Source: Sterolibacteriaceae bacterium
GTDB lineage: Bacteria; Pseudomonadota; Gammaproteobacteria; Burkholderiales; Rhodocyclaceae
DNA: 64,000 bases
Assembly (NCBI GenBank): GCA_043738385.1
Contig: JAYUGL010000167.1
Span: forward strand, 348 to 64,347
Reading direction: 5' to 3'
The position numbers were made by a program, and so were the translations under genes. The notes beneath the pieces are model-generated. The model was given only the letters and a program-made list of their open reading frames with translations. It did no database searches and was not told the origin of the DNA. Shown one piece after another: positions 62,634 through 64,000 of this stretch; the stretch's first letter is position 1; every line of letters starts with the position of its first letter.

Positions 62634-64000
62634 TCAGTAGCCAAGGTCATCGATTGGCACAGTCAGGGTGGCGCCCGGCGCATTGCCGAGAATCCGGTTA
62701 ATCGTGCGTTCGATGACCTCCTTGTTGTTGTCAAACGAGCCATGCGATGCGGGGATGGATTTTTTGCCGGTCGAGACCTGGTCACTGGTGACGACTTCGC
62801 ACGCAGGTCGCCCGTCGGCCTGCGCCGGCAGACCACTCACCCAGTTGCGCCAATCGCTCACCTGCGGCCAGTAGCTCTGCTGCCAGAGGTCGTCATCGGG
62901 ATGGGTGGCGTTGATCTCGACGCAATGCTGCAGGCCGGCAATCGGCGTCTTGCGTGCATCTTCGAAACCGCGACACACCAGGTAGAGCAGCGATTTGCCA
63001 TACGGCCCGGCGCTATCTTCTTTTTCGCGTTGGTCGGAGAGCACGTGCAGCCAGGTTTTACTGGCGGGCACTGACTTGGGTGTCACAAAGTGAAGGTTTG
63101 CGAAAGCGAGCGAGCAAGCGGGCGCAAACAAGGTGAGCGAGGCAGGTTTGATTTTTGCCTTCGCCATCATGTCGAGCAAATAACCATGGACAAACGAACC
63201 CGCCGAGTGGCCGACCAAATGAAATTCGGTGTCAGGATACTTCGCCTGCAACCACGCCATGTTTGCGACCATGAGATCCAGCGCGCAACCCTGGGCCTGC
63301 GCCCCTGCCGCGTTGTCTTTCATTTCATTCCAGATCCACCGGGCCGCGTGCGCGCTCGCTTCCAGCAGGTAGTCTTTCGCGTCGCCGAAGAATCCGGTGG
63401 CAATTTTTTCCGCCGGTGCTATGCCAAGTACATCCTGTAGTTTGGAAATGATGGTTTCCCAAGCGCCGGTGCGCCAGGTATAGAAAAGCGGGTAGACGCC
63501 GTTGGCAAGAAAATAGGGGGCCATCACCCGGATACGATTGATGGAGGATTCTTCGTCGTTAAGTCCACCGTGCGCATAGATCACGACCTTGCGCGCAGGT
63601 TTGGCGACCCCCTTGAGCCACTGGCCGATATTCTCTTTCATGATCAACTCAACCAGTCCTTCAGCGGTGCCAATATTGGGCATGCTCATGCGCACGAGTC
63701 CATTATTGCCGGCGACCAAAGTATGCTGGTACGCACGCTGTGTGGGCCACGGCGGTACACCAGCGGTACTCCCTTTGTCGCCGGCCTTGCTGTCACCGGA
63801 CAACAAGGAGGTACTGAGTTGCCGCGCCGGTGCGCTGGTGATGACCGCGGCGCCGGTAGGCTGGGTCGCCTGTGGTACGCCGAGCGAACACACCCAGGCA
63901 TCGGCGCCATTCACTGCCCAATCGGCGTAGGTCATGATCGCGAATCCGCTTGCACCCCATCCCTTGCCCCACGAGTTCTGCACCACGAAGCCGATTTCGT
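62634..64000 (-). CDS. Papain-like (C1) peptidase C-terminal end fused to an alpha/beta hydrolase (lipase/esterase-like); 5' end outside window
   Basis: The frame is open to base 64000 (..GFVVQNSWGKGWGASGF, the NSW catalytic-Asn region of C1 peptidases). Downstream: VVIYAHGGLND and nucleophile elbow VGHSAGSF. Confidence 0.75.
   Translation of the reverse strand, partial: EIGFVVQNSWGKGWGASGFAIMTYADWAVNGADAWVCSLGVPQATQPTGAAVITSAPARQLSTSLLSGDSKAGDKGSTAGVPPWPTQRAYQHTLVAGNNGLVRMSMPNIGTAEGLVELIMKENIGQWLKGVAKPARKVVIYAHGGLNDEESSINRIRVMAPYFLANGVYPLFYTWRTGAWETIISKLQDVLGIAPAEKIATGFFGDAKDYLLEASAHAARWIWNEMKDNAAGAQAQGCALDLMVANMAWLQAKYPDTEFHLVGHSAGSFVHGYLLDMMAKAKIKPASLTLFAPACSLAFANLHFVTPKSVPASKTWLHVLSDQREKEDSAGPYGKSLLYLVCRGFEDARKTPIAGLQHCVEINATHPDDDLWQQSYWPQVSDWRNWVSGLPAQADGRPACEVVTSDQVSTGKKSIPASHGSFDNNKEVIERTINRILGNAPGATLTVPIDDLGY

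Noticed and set aside
43523-64000. Calling the island Thoeris, CBASS, Avs/STAND or a type III CRISPR-associated CHAT (Craspase) system.
   Set aside because: No SIR2 or ThsA-type effector, CD-NTase, Walker-A NTPase, cas gene or CRISPR repeat is visible. The only near-miss P-loop string (LLMTGKTS in the giant protein) lacks the GxxxxGK[ST] spacing.
1-64000. Mobile-element, prophage or integrative-island call for the accessory regions.
   Set aside because: No integrase, transposase, tRNA/tmRNA attachment site, flanking direct repeats or phage structural genes were seen. Only compositional and content hints exist.

Overview
High-G+C, proteobacterial-looking chromosomal segment. I saw no rRNA, tRNA, CRISPR array, transposase or integrase. 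Left third (1-15.8 kb): a truncated epoxide hydrolase, then Phd/ParE-like and VapBC-like toxin-antitoxin pairs flanking an AT-rich Mrr-type restriction gene and metH. These are followed by a MatB-like malonyl-CoA synthetase and the conserved DUF1302 / DUF1329 / BNR(Ycf48-like) / RND-exporter quartet. Middle (16-32.8 kb): a TetR-associated acyl-CoA catabolic cluster with P450 plus ferredoxin, three CoA ligases in the wider region, ACAD, crotonases, a MaoC hydratase, two thiolase-like genes (one paired with DUF35), a family III CoA-transferase, SDRs and an amidohydrolase. Right half (33-64 kb): (i) a tight six-gene haem/peroxide operon (di-CxxCH lipoprotein, GMC flavoprotein, two unknowns, Dyp peroxidase, catalase-related protein). 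(ii) The stand-out is an island where nearly every gene carries a conflict or cell-death-type domain. It holds four paralogous membrane-tethered TIR proteins, a TIR-like/TPR protein, a patatin phospholipase and a 1,834-aa double-lipase + CHAT protein. It also holds a free caspase-like C14 peptidase, a clostripain-like C11 peptidase, a SLOG/LOG-like Rossmann protein, an M15 cell-wall peptidase and a papain-like C1 + alpha/beta-hydrolase fusion cut by the window edge. No NTPase, SIR2, cyclase, nuclease or RM component is visible, so it matches no named defence system I know. I flag it as the candidate undescribed system. All domain calls come from motif recognition by eye on the supplied translations, and none has been checked against a database.
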